A stretch of DNA of 64,000 nt. Origin: Callorhinchus milii (lineage: Eukaryota). Of this stretch, positions 12,051 through 23,984 are shown in pieces. Numbering within the stretch: the first letter of the stretch is position 1; the number at the start of each line of letters is the position of its first letter. The DNA is taken from the NCBI RefSeq assembly GCF_018977255.1, contig NW_024704742.1, positions 82,152,001 through 82,216,000 of the forward strand, written 5' to 3'. The position numbers and the translations under genes are program-made. The notes under the pieces are model-generated. The model did not search any database, had not been told where the DNA came from, and saw only the letters and a list, made by a program, of their open reading frames with translations.

Positions 12051-13084
12051 ACGCAAGGAAGGTTAAAGATTCCATTCAGCGTTGAAACTGGTCTCTTTTG
12101 GCTATGTCATCCATTAATGGGATTTCCCATTGCAGTCACACATCACCAAAAGTACTGTACCTACCTGACACCGGATGGAATTTTTACCCATTGTCCCTGA
12201 GTTACAGTCAGCAACACGTATGCATTCTCTCGAGCAGGATTTTTATAAATTGAAAGTTGACACCATTGTTTTCCACAAGTTCTTATTAATTCCTTGATAT
12301 TGTAAGATTAATTTAATTCTTCAAATAGCACTACACAGTTCACATGTTTGTATCCTAATTGCATCTTTCTACGTTGCTATGGTAATGCCTTATTGCCAAG
12401 GTTTAGGACTCATTTACTTGTTTGCCGTAGTTTACATTTCTCAAAGGCCAAAGATAAGGCTTGATTTCACAGTCCCATAAATGGTATTATCGATCGTCCC
12501 ATTTGACACAGGCAAGTAGCTTTAATGGAAAACCCATGTTGTTTCATTTGTGGTCCATTCATATCCACAACAGCAGTTATTGAAAGCGTAACTCGTTTGT
12601 TACATTTCTTACATCCTGTGTTTGTGTGCAGCTAATCTAGCTGTCAGGAGGGAAGGTATGAGAATGATTAGTGTTTATGTTGAGGTATTGAAAAGCTCCT
12701 GATTTTCTAAGTTCACACAAAGGCTGATTTCAAAGGGATTGGATTTTTTCTTTGCTGATGTCAGATCTAAGTGCTGCAATCAGCAGTGGTGTTTAGCAGT
12801 AAGCTTCTGACAAAAGGTGGACCCAATGTCACACATTGAGCTGCGCTGTCATGCTTGATAGGAATATCTCTTTTCTTCACTCACATGAAAGTATGCATTC
12901 ACGGGAGCACTGTCATTTACTGCTGTGTTTATGAACCAGCCAAATATTACCAAGATTGTAGCAATTAAACGCTCGCCCACTGCATGAACTTGCCTTCCAA
13001 TGACTGAACAAACTTCATATCATCCCTAAAAGGATTTTCATGGTGTCAATGTTATTTTTGGCCTTCCGCACGATCCTCAACCCT

Positions 13085-13310
13085 TCCGCTCCACCAACGA
13101 CAGCCATGCCTTCAGCCACTATGTCCCTATCTCAATCCGCCTGCCCTGTTCCCTCTTTGCCCATCTTCAGATTGTACCTGAAACCATTCCTCTTTGACCA
13201 TGCCTATGATCACCTCCTCTATCTTCCTGGCTCGGCAACAAACTACACCATTATTCAGCGTTTCTGATGTGAAGGACTCTATAAAAATACAAGTTGTTAT
13301 GGTGTTGTTT
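13085..13310 (+). mobile_element. Old L2 3' fragment
   Basis: gccatgccttcagc...ctgaaaccattcctctttgaccatgcc...tgtgaaggactctataaaaatacaagttgttatggtgttg. Confidence 0.65.
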
Positions 13311-13659
13311 GTTGGTTGCTGTCTTTGAGACTGGTTCATGTTCAGGCATTGACTTGTCTTCCAAACACACAGGATTTCCAAATGTTTCATTGCATGATGC
13401 AGAACACCATTTATTTAATACAATAAACTGGAGAACTTTAGCAATGGAAACATTAATATTTCAGATTTTTTTTGTTAATGAGTGTCCACCAGGGATATGT
13501 AGGTTCCTTACTGGGTTTATTGGTTTTACTTGTTTTATCTTCCTGCAAATATGTCGGTATCATAGAATTTCATAGAGGGCTTTTGGCCCATTTTGCTTTT
13601 GCTGGCTCTGTTAAAAATAAACATCCTTTCTGAAGTGGGACACGAAAAGTGTCCCAATT

Positions 13660-13941
13660 CATTTTGATATATCATCTTACAATGTCATCATGGGGTTTCA
13701 AAACGTTTCACAGAATATACTGTAAAGTGAATTAACTGTATATTTTGTGGGCAAAATGCGGTAGCCAGTTGCGCACAGCCATGACCCACAAGAATTTGTG
13801 GTTTGAGTGACCAAATTATTATTATTATTTTTTCTGAAGGAATTATTACCCCCGGAAAGTGATCAACCAAGCGACTGACAACCGGGTTCCGACTTACTGC
13901 TAGGGAAACAGACGTGTGGAATAAGGTTTCGCCCTGCCCAG
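13660..13941 (-). mobile_element. tRNA-derived SINE, long subfamily, 5'-truncated
   Basis: Reverse of the SINE body, including the ...cagtaagtcggaacccggttgtcagtcg... middle segment. Confidence 0.85.
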
Positions 13942-14246
13942 ACATGATATTCTAACTGTGGACAAACTAATAAGTAATGCAGGTTTAGCATTACCTAGCA
14001 TTGTTTCAAGTCCTTTACCTGAAATGAATCACATGGTGATCTGTCAAGCTCTCAAAGAATTGTTCATTTGATATGTTCTGTTTTCCCCACTTCCTCTTGC
14101 AGTGCAACTTTCTCAGAGGGAACTGCTTTACAAGAATCTTTTGACACATCACTAATTGATACCTTTCAGGCGAAGGACTTAAAACAATGCTAGATTATGC
14201 TAAACCTTTACAACGTATTGGTTAGTTCACAGTGAGAATATCGTGT
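13942..14246. repeat. ~105-bp-arm inverted repeat made of CR1 ORF2-derived sequence
   Basis: 13942-14047 is the reverse complement, with scattered mismatches, of 14141-14246. The right arm translates as IMLNLYNVLVSSQ*EYRVNFW, similar to MLQLYTALVRPQLKYCVQFW in the CR1 ORF at 44855..45367. Confidence 0.85.
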
Positions 14247-14481
14247 AAATTTTTGGAATGCTCATTCAAACCACCCTACAGTGAAGAAATGTATTGTTGC
14301 TGCAAATGCAGATTTAAATTGCATTGTTTGACTTTCATTGCAGTAGAGAACACTTGATCCAGCACAGGATGATGAGAAGTAAGTTTGGTTCCTCTTCTGG
14401 GTGAGGATCGGGCAAAATAAATTTGGGCAATTTCCGCAGAGCACCCAGTGCAGCAACTAACTGCTGAATTCAGTACAAATT

Positions 14482-14866
14482 ATAATAATAATAATAATTC
14501 TTACCCTTGATGTCATGCCTTATCAACTTGTTGAAACGGCTCAAAGCGCTTCACAGAATATACTGTAAAGTGAATTGACTGTATATTTTATGGGCGAAAT
14601 GCGGCAGCCAATTGTGCATAGCAGTGTCTCACATAGAGTAATGGATTGAGTGACTAAATTATTAGTTATTCATTCGTTTATTTATTTTGAAGGCATTATC
14701 ACTCCCAGAAAGGCATCTGACAATTGACTAATAATCAGGTTCCTACTTACTGCTAAACAAAGGTGTGTGGAGTAAGGAAACGTGCCTAAGGTTTCGCCCT
14801 GTCCAGGAATCAAACCTAGGTGCTCTCTCTTGCAAGGCGAAAGCTCTAACCAATACACTACAGGAC
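14482..14866 (-). mobile_element. tRNA-Ala-like SINE, long subfamily
   Basis: Tail, body and head (ctacaggactt) are all present on the minus strand. Confidence 0.9.
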
Positions 14867-15269
14867 TTCACAATTGACACTGGATTAAGAGTTTGACCCC
14901 GACAAGCTGTAAGGTTGATTGGTGTGAGAAATATGAACAATGTTTTGGCACAATATTAGATTAAGTCTTAAATTTAAGTACCTCGTTGGGGAACATGAGT
15001 GGTAACTTTTCATCTGGTCTTTGCTACATCTATTGGAAAGATTTAGGACTAACACCAAAGATGTAAAAGAAGAAAACTGTACTATTTCATTCTAAGCACG
15101 AGCATCTCATAGTATTCCTTGCATAATATTTATATTGTAATTTGAAGCAAAATGCACAAAAGACAAGCTGAAGTATGCAGAGTGTATTTGTATTATCCAT
15201 GCCTTCCTCAGAATCATTTAAAATCAGTTAACCCCAAAACAATCATTGAAAACCATGAAAGTCTCACGT

Positions 15270-15610
15270 TGCTACTTTGAATTTACAATCTAGCCTAACA
15301 CTCCAAGGTGCTGTCCTTCAGATGAAATGTTAAACCGAGACCTATCTGTCTGTCCAGGTAGATGTTAAAGATTCCATGGCACCATTCGAAAAGAGAAGGG
15401 AGTTTCTCTAGGTGTCCTGGCCAGCAATCTCACAGATTAAATTAGTTATGAACTTTCATGGCTCTTTGTGGGACATTGATGTGTGTAAATTAACTGCCTC
15501 ATTCACCTTCAAATAAACAGTCCCAACACTTTACAATAATTCTGGTGAAAAGCTGTGAGATGTTGTGATGACATGATTAGCTGTTATGTCAAATGCTAGG
15601 ATTATTATTT
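15270..15610 (+). mobile_element. Deu-domain SINE
   Basis: ggtgctgtccttcagatgaaatgttaaaccgagacc...gttaaagattccatggcaccattcgaaaagagaagggagtttctc. Confidence 0.8.
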
Positions 15611-17149
15611 TTTCAGTATGGCCTTTCAAAAAGTTTTGTTATTATTTATCAGAATGGGGAGATCAGAGAGGGTAATCCCTCCATATACACTGTATATTGT
15701 ACCTTGCAATTTAGATTTGTTTTAATCCATTCAGAATATCAATAATTACACTTGCATATAGCAATAGTCTTGTCAAAAGAACACACAAATTAACTCTTAT
15801 GTTAAACCACGTGAGTGTTTAACCTATGTAATGCCCTTTTATTTAAAGTGATTTTAATTCAAGGAATTGTAATGCGCATGATTGTTTGAGCTTCAAGGTC
15901 ATCGGGGTTCCTTAGTAGAATGTTAACTTTAGTAAGTGCTGGTTTTGTGATTTAGATCGGCTTCATTCACTCATGTGGAATATAAACACTCTCCAATCTG
16001 TCTCAGGAGATATTGTGCATGTGTTGTTACCTTACAAGAGTACTAAAAAAGGATGACAATACTTTACTGCTCCAACGCGTCTATAGCTCATTCATTCATA
16101 AACAGTGTACCTCATACCTTTTGCTGTAGTGCTTCCACCTTGATTTGATGCAACAGTATAGAGTGACAGATGATATAAGCAGGCCACACAGTGAAGAGGC
16201 ACCAAAATCTAGTTTATCAATGCAGAAATAACTACACATGATGGTCCTTACCACAAGTGTGTTCGGGGAGGGCTAAAGACTTAAACTGATTAAATAAACA
16301 GAAGGACAAATGTAACCAGAAGACCACAGTCAAAGTTTAACGGTGGATATTTCTAAAGCGCTTGTTTTACCTACGTGTGTAAAAACAACAGCTGTGCCTC
16401 TTTTTTACCAGTGTAATAGATGCTCCTGGAAATATTCTGCAAACAATGTTTGTGCCACAGCACTTTTCCTTTCCCCATTTGCCGTCGAGCAATTGCATTA
16501 GGGAGATATTATGGGGTCTGGTAAAGGGTCTATACTTGTAGATACCATCAGTGAGTTATTGATGTTAGGAAACTGTTGCAAGTTACAAATCTGCAAGTTG
16601 ATCTCAAGAGTACATTTTAAGGTAACACAGTTTGAGGCCTTCTGAATATCAACTAGATTCTGCAATAAAAAAACAACTGGTAAATTGTTTAAGAATTCAA
16701 TGAAAGTACTTCTCTTTCCATTCTCCAAATGCTGAACAAAATCTGCAGGTCAGCGTGGTTGTTTGTGGGACATTGCTGTGCATATTGGCTGCCAGATTCA
16801 TCTACAAAATATGGAGTCACTACATATAAATATGCAGTAAATTCTGCAAAGCACTTTGATATATCTTCCAAACTTGAAAGGTTCTATACCAAATGCAAGG
16901 ATTATGATCGGAATTGAATTATTTTCCATCTTTTAAGAGCTAAAAGCTAAAGCAACTCTCCAATCTGCCAAAAATATTGGTGTCTATCTCCAAATCTTTA
17001 GTATTACTTTCTCAGCCTTCTAGCTGAAACTCATTGCTCGTGCTCTATTGAAGCTTTTTCTACCATACTGACTGGTTCACTCTCCAAGAGTTCAACAGAA
17101 CAGAAATCTTGATAGCTTTATAAACTCAAAAAGAGTGAGCTTTACACGC

Positions 17150-17508
17150 AGTCCCATAGTGTAGTGTTTGGAGAACCTACCTTGCAAGCGAGACGACCCT
17201 GGTTCGTTCCCTGGGCATGGCGAAATCTTAGGCGAGTTTCCTTACTACACGCCTCTGTTTACCTAGTAGTAAGTAAGAACCTGGTTGTTAGTTAATTGGT
17301 GGATCACTTTCTGAGGGGAAATAATCCCTTAAATATTTGGTCACTCAATCCATGACTATTTATGGGGCACTGCTGTGTGAAATTCGCTGCCACGTTTCGC
17401 CCGCAAAACACACAATCAATCCACTTTACAATACATTCTGTGACGCATTTGGAGATGTCTCAACAACGTGATAAGGCACTATATCAAATGCAAGGATTAT
17501 TATTATTA
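17150..17508 (+). mobile_element. tRNA-Ala-like SINE, long subfamily
   Basis: Head, middle segment ctctgtttacctagtagtaagtaagaacc and tail are all present. Confidence 0.9.
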
Positions 17509-17568
17509 CCTGTTAAAGAAAGTGGGGTCAAGTACAGTATAATGCAAGACACTTTATCAAGATTATAA

Positions 17569-18180
17569 AACGACAACAACAACAACAAGATTGCATTTAT
17601 AGAGCGCCTTTCACGTCGGGAGGACGTCCCAAGGCGCTGGACAGTTGGGCCGGGACCCGAGCGGGGGGAAAATGGTCAGGGTGAGGGGAGGGAAGGGAGG
17701 GAGCGAGGAGGGGGTAGAGAGTCGAGAGGGGAGCTGAAGGCACGGCTGAAGAGAAAGGTCTTGAGACCGGCCTTGAAGGAGGAAAGGGAAGAGGCAAGGC
17801 GAAGGCACTGGGGGATGGAGTTCCAGAGCCTAGCGGCTGAGAGGCTGAAAGCCCGGCCACCGATGGTAGGGTGGTTGGGGCGGGGGATGTGGAGCAGACC
17901 GGGGCCAGAGGAACAGAGGGTACGGGCAGGTAAGTAGTGGGATAGTAGGTCGGAGAGGTAGGAGGGAGCGAGGCCGTGAGTGGCCTCGTAGGTGAGGATG
18001 AGGATCTTGAATTCGATCCTCTGGGGGATGGGGAGCCAGTGGAGGCGAGCGAGGGTGAGAGTGATGTGGTCCCGAAGCCTGGTGCGGGACAGTACACAAG
18101 CTGCAGAGTTCTGAATGACCTGCAGCTTGTGGAGGGAGATGCCGGGAAGGCCGGCGAGGAGAGAGTTCCCGTAGTAGCCA
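17569..18180 (-). mobile_element. L2 LINE 3' fragment, very young (open ORF2 C-terminus)
   Basis: ORF 17676..18230(-) reads YGNSLLAGLP...LQVIQNSAA...[21 protein letters not shown]...GGRAFSLSAARLWNSIP...FKAGLKTFLF. CpGs are intact, and the 3' stem-loop and (TTG)n tail are intact. Confidence 0.97.
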
Positions 18181-18809
18181 GATATAATGATTTTCGAGAT
18201 CCATGTAGACCATGGCAACAACAGTTGCACCAGTTGCTATTGATCTTGTTTTTAAACATTTAAATGTTTGCTTTTATTGAATATTCATATTGATATAGAA
18301 ATTTAATCAGACTCGCTCCCTCCCAGACCCCGTTCAAGATCCTCCTTAAGACCCAACTCTTTGATTGTGCTTTCGGTCATCTTCACCCATCTCCATCCCC
18401 AGCTAGGGTGCCAAGCCAGGAATGTTAAGTGACTTGAAAAGCCTCCTGACATAAAAGGTGCCATACAAATGTTAATTTGCATGTATTATAAAATTAAATG
18501 TTTTGGAAAATTAGCATTTTAAAAGATATGAACTTACTGAGTAGTCTCAGCAGTCAAATCTTCCAATTAGGTTGATCTTCCAAATAGGTTGATACAACTC
18601 CACACAGAAGTGATCAAGTCTCTTTTAAAGCAATAAATACATAGTGCTGCCTTCTGAAAGGTTTTGGGCATCATTCTCACTGCTAAAATCTATGAAGCCT
18701 GAAGGAGCATTCAATATTTGGCTCATGGATCAGGGCAATCAACAACAGGTTATCCAGACAGTGACTCTACTAAACAGAACGCAAAGTCAAGACAGTAAGT
18801 CCGTTATAA

Positions 18810-18935
18810 TGTCCTTCCCTCCCCCCTCCCCCACCCCTTCCCCATGCTCGGGTCCTGACCCCTGACTGTACAGCACCTTGGGACGTCCTCCCGAAATGAA
18901 AGGCCCTCTATAAATATAATTTTGTTACTGTTGTC
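18810..18935 (+). mobile_element. L2 3' UTR tail fragment
   Basis: cccatgctcgggtcctgacccctgactgtacagcaccttgggacgtcctcccgaaatgaaaggccc. Confidence 0.85.
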
Positions 18936-19257
18936 GATTTTTCACACCACTTAACAAAGCAAAGAGTATCTGACTTCTTTCAATGCTAATCCTTCCATCT
19001 GTAGCAAAGGTGTATTGTGTGCTTGGATCCCTCTGGATAACACGCTGTTCACAGTGACCAAAAAGATAATTTGCCCACATTATAACAGTCAATTCACTTC
19101 ACAGTATATTCTGTGAAGCGCTTTGAGATATCTCATCAACGTGAAAAGGTGCTATATCAAATGTACAGATTATTACTATAATTTGGGTAACTTTCTTTTT
19201 AAAAAAACTTGTTAGCAACGTTTTAAAAGTTTTTGAATTCTCTTGTATTTGAAAACT

Positions 19258-19547
19258 GATAATAATAATAATCCTTGCGTTTGATATAGCGCTTTTCACA
19301 TCTTCTAGACGTCTCAAAGCGCTTCACAGAATATACTGTAAAGTGAATTGACTGTATATTTGTGGGCAAAACACGACAACCAATTGCACATAGCAGTGTC
19401 CCACAAACAGTCGTGGATTGAAGTGACCAATTTTATTGTTATTTTTTGAGCGGTTATTATCAGGCATGTGGGCTAAGGAAACTTGCCTAAGGTTTCACCC
19501 TGCCGGGAATCGAACCCAGGTCTATCGCTTGCCAGGGAAGTGCTCCA
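19258..19547 (-). mobile_element. tRNA-Ala-like SINE, short subfamily; tail-to-tail with a + strand SINE tail at ~19070-19170
   Basis: Direct match to the other copies. Confidence 0.9.
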
Positions 19548-19649
19548 ATGATGTTCTGATATAAAAGTGAAGTGAGGCAATTTCATAGAGCTTATTAATT
19601 AAAGAGCTTAGATTGCATTCCATCATCATCAGGTTATACATTTTGTGAG

Positions 19650-20375
19650 GAAGAATAAGGAGAGCAAGTACATGTTGGATGGTAGCATTTTAAAATAATT
19701 TGAAGAGCAGAGGGACCTGGGGTGAGTGTTCACAGGTGAAAACAAAGGTGGGAAGGCAGTTTAATAAAGCTGTCAGGAAAGCAAATGGAATCTTAGGTTT
19801 TATCAACAGGGGTATAGAATATACAAGCTAAAAGGTAATGTTAATGCTATCATTCATTAGTTAGACGGTAGATACAATATATGTCCAGTTTTGGTCACCC
19901 ATTTTAGGAAGTGATAGAAGGGGGTTCAGAGAAGATTTACTGGGATGATATCGGGTATGAGTGGTTTGGTGTACGAGGAGAGCCTGGAGGAACTGGGATT
20001 TTGTCCATTGGAAAAACTAAGTTTGAGGAGTGACCTAATCAAGAACTTTAAAATTCTGAAGGATTTGATAGAGTCCATAGGGAAAAACTATTTCCACTGG
20101 TCAGTGAATCAGGGACTAGAGGGATTCTATTTAAGATAGCTTGCAAATATGGAGGTTGGATCAGGATAGTTAGGATATGGAATGCCCTGCCAGGAGTGGT
20201 GATTGAGGCAGAATCCATATTAGCTTCAAAAGCGAACTAGATATCTAAAAAGAGCTATACTTCAGGGGTATGGGGAAAGGACAGGGATTGAAAGGATTGC
20301 TCTTTAAAAAAGCCAGCACAGGTACCATGAGGCTCAAATGGCCTTCTGCTGTGCTATAAATTTCTATGGGTTCTA
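19650..20375 (+). mobile_element. CR1 LINE 3' part, decayed
   Basis: gagcagagggacctggggtg, gcaaatggaatcttagg, cagttttggtcacc, gttcagagaagatttactgggatgata; 3' UTR ggctcaaatggccttctgctgtgct. Confidence 0.85.
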
Positions 20376-22744
20376 TTTTTGTTGCAATATAGGATCTCTG
20401 GATATGTGATTTATGATTAGGTAGACAAAGACAGGCAAAAGAATGGTAGATGTCTGACACATGTTTGCAATTTAGGAAATGTAGGCCAAAGAGATTGGAT
20501 TCCCAAGGAAACATCAGTTTGTAATAATCTACAATACAGTGTTTAGGGGTCAACCATCAGTGAAGACAGTGACTGATGCAGTGAATCGCTGATTTTTACG
20601 GTAGATATGACTCGACTCCGATGTTCTGTTTAGTAAAGTGTCACTGTCCTTTGAACTTGTGGTTTGTAGAATGTCCTGATTCATCGGCCAAAAATTGGAT
20701 GCATTATCCACCTTCACGGATGTTGGCCTTGAATATCGTATGACGGCGGGAGGAGGGTGGAAATTCTTACCAGTGTCTCATTCCGTTGTGCTAACTTTTG
20801 AAACAATAATTGTAAGGTGAGATACATTATCACAATCTTATTCAAAGCTAAATGCATTTCATTTTGATTCCAGTGCGTATTTAACATATAACCTTATGTG
20901 CTAATCATAACCTTCTATTAGGTAAAATTTGATCAGCAGATACCACATACAGTACTGAAACCTATTTTTTACACTGCATCTTCATATTGTTGTGGATTGC
21001 CATTCTAAGTTTAGAATAACTTAATTTTTCTTTGCCCTAACAATTCTTGTTGCACATAGTATTTTCTCCGGTTTACATCAAAGTCGAATAAGCAGCTGCA
21101 TGTAAGATACCGCAAATCTCCAAAGGAATAGTGTGGAGATTTAAATGTGAAGGTGATTTACTGATCTCCTACAAAACCAGCACTGGAAAAAGAGAGTGTG
21201 CTTCCAAATCACTGACAGGGACGTCCATATATGAAGCAATGTTTCTTGGCAAATCGATCTTTCTGCATTTATGTCAAGAAAAATTACTTTGATTAAAATG
21301 ATGACCATATATAAAGTTGCAACCTTTTCCCCCAGGTTGTCTATGGGCACAAAATCTAGTTACTTTGAAGAACTGATAACACTTACCCAGATTAGACAAG
21401 TGTGACTGCCAGGCACATACCTAATCTGTGTATTTGTTATTAGTATTGTATGAGACACGCTTCTACCTCCAGGGGAGGTAATGCATGAGCCATACACCTA
21501 CAGGGGAGAGTCACACACTCTCTTTCTGACTTGTCCACCTTTCCCTGCTATCTCTATCTTCAGTTTTTGTCAACAATTTGGGAACTTTGTTAGTTCCTGG
21601 TCGCTCACTGGTATTCAAAATTGTATCAGATAAATAGTCCGCTTTTGAAAAGAAATTAACCTGCACAGATCAATGACTCAGATTGTTATTTTTAAGTAAT
21701 GTTGCACATTTTCTCCTTCCCATTTCTTTAATTGGAATTTATTACTCTAAGGGATTTATGGAAGCCGCTTAATGTTACGGAGAAAACAAATGACAGCAGT
21801 TAACTTTGGAAGAACGTGAATAATATGCAACATTTTTTTTTCCTGCGGAACACACGGACAGCAAGTGGCTGAATGTGGAGCACTCGGGTTTAGCAGCAGT
21901 CAGCAGACTGATCATTGTGCTCTGGGTCCCTGATGAATGCACTGTGGGATTCTTTATCGAGACAGTTATTCATCATCGCTGTCAGAAGTGATGATTAGCT
22001 GTTCGGAGAGCTTTTGTGGTTGATTGTTGTGGATGTTTACACGGCTCTCAGGGTGGAGGACTGCGCGTAGCCTGAAGGTGGGAGGGAATTGCACTGAACA
22101 CACTGTCAGTCATTGATTGCCTTGCAGTTGTTTGAGGTAAGTCCAACTGAGGATATTTGGTTACGGTAGTGTTGGAAGGTTAATGCAGTTACTGTAGCTG
22201 GAAGCTGACTGTCTTGGCTAGTACAAATCATGAAGTTAAGGCTATAGAAGAAGTAACAATGATATATGCAGTATTAATTGTGATGTGCTCTCATTCTTTC
22301 TCTCTTGCTCTCACTATCACACACTCTTGAAATGTGATTCACGAAAAGCTGTGAGATACTTTCTACACAGAAAAGATTCTTGAGGTTAGAAGGTTGAGCC
22401 CCATCACAAGTAGGCTGTGATTTTCTGGTAGTTTCTGTGTGGCAATATTGTGTATACTACAGCTAGTGACAGGTTTGTCATCTGAGAGGCCAATCATGTA
22501 TTTGATATTTTCCGTGGTTAGATTCAGGGACATTTTTTCATCTTTATGCATTGTTGATGTTGACTGGATTGTTCAGTACTTTTCATTTAAATTGCAATCA
22601 GTTTTCACCATCATTCTTGCCAACTAAGGAAACATTAAAAAAAATTAAAAAGTAAATTAGTTTACGTTTAGATTTGGATTCTTTATATGGGGTGCAACTT
22701 CTCACAGAACTTGGTATGTTTTTTCCACTTTCTTTCAACATTAT

Positions 22745-23570
22745 ATGTTCAAGAGATGGCAAAAGAAGTTCAGATAAAGAAGGCCTTTTGGCCCATCTGA
22801 TCTCATTCTTCCAGAACACCCAACTAGCATCCTCTCATCACAGCATCAAGCTGTTTTTTAAATGAGTCCAATACCTGGCCTTTACTACTCTTCCTGGTAA
22901 CCTGTTCCAGTCATTAATTACCTTCATGGTAAAGAAATCTTCTGGGATTTGTCATGAAATTATCCTTTGCCTAAGCCTACACCCTCTTGTTTTATTGTCT
23001 TGGTGTATCTGAAAGTATTGTTCAAGGTTTACTTTTTTAATCCCATTTAAGATGTTATGCACCTCTATGTGGGTGCAAGTTCTCACAGACGTTGAGAAGT
23101 GCAACTTCTCAAAGAAGTCCTCTCTGAGACTTCTCCCTTCAAGACTGTGAAGAGCTCCAGCTTGTTTATTCGCTGCTCATAACTGATTCCTCTGACACTG
23201 GGGATCATCCTTGTGGTTGTCTGTACTGTCTCTCGGGCTTGGGCAGACCAGAACTGTTTACAGTAGTCTAGGTGTGGTCTGACCATAGCATTCAGTAGCT
23301 TGAGTGTGATATCTAGGGATCGGAACTCAACTGATTTAACAATGTAGGCAACATCCTGTTTGCTTTATATATTGCTACCTTGTGCTGTTTTGACATGGTG
23401 AATGATGAGTCAACTAACACCCCTGGATCACTTTCAGCTTCCCCATTGGCAAGTTCTATTCGATTCATGGAGTGTATTTTTTATATTCTTTCTTCCTATA
23501 TATAGTACCTTCATTTATCTGTATAAACTTTATTTAGCAATTATCAGCCCGGATGCATAATCTAGCAAGC
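22745..23570 (-). mobile_element. CR1 LINE 3' part, old
   Basis: ORF 23083..23286(-) reads MVRPHLDYCKQFWS...TTRMIPSVRGISYEQR, which is CR1 ORF2. Confidence 0.85.
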
Positions 23571-23609
23571 TTGCTTTATAAGACTTTTGCTGTCTTACAA
23601 ATTTTGTTA

Positions 23610-23978
23610 TTAATGTATTTGATGTCAGAAGGATGTCTCAAATTGCAGTGACTGTATATTGTAACGTATAACATATTTGCACACAGCAAAGTCCCATAAA
23701 GAGTGATGAAGCTAATGATCAATTATTTTCTGGAGAATTTTGGAATAGGACACTGGGAGAAACTCCCTTCTCTTTTGACTATTAGCATGGTATGACTCAC
23801 ATTCACCTGAGCAGGTAGATTGAATCTCGGTTTCCCATCTCAATTAAAGATGGGGCACTTCCAAAAATGTATCACACCGCCAGCATTGCAGTGGAACGTC
23901 AGCCTGAACTATGTGAGTCCAAAGCCCTGATGTGGGGCTTCAACCACAAGCATCTGACTCAGAGATGAACCTGGCTGA
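23610..23978 (-). mobile_element. Deu-domain SINE
   Basis: ggacactgggagaaactcccttctc...cacctgagcaggtagat...ctcggttt...tctgactcagag. Confidence 0.75.
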
Positions 23979-23984
23979 AACATA

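Noticed and set aside
22025..22045. miR-30-like TGTAAACATCC on the minus strand
   Set aside because: The match stops after 11 nt and there is no precursor hairpin.
21988..22076. C/D-box snoRNA-like GTGATGA...CTGA
   Set aside because: No terminal stem and no recognisable rRNA or snRNA antisense element.
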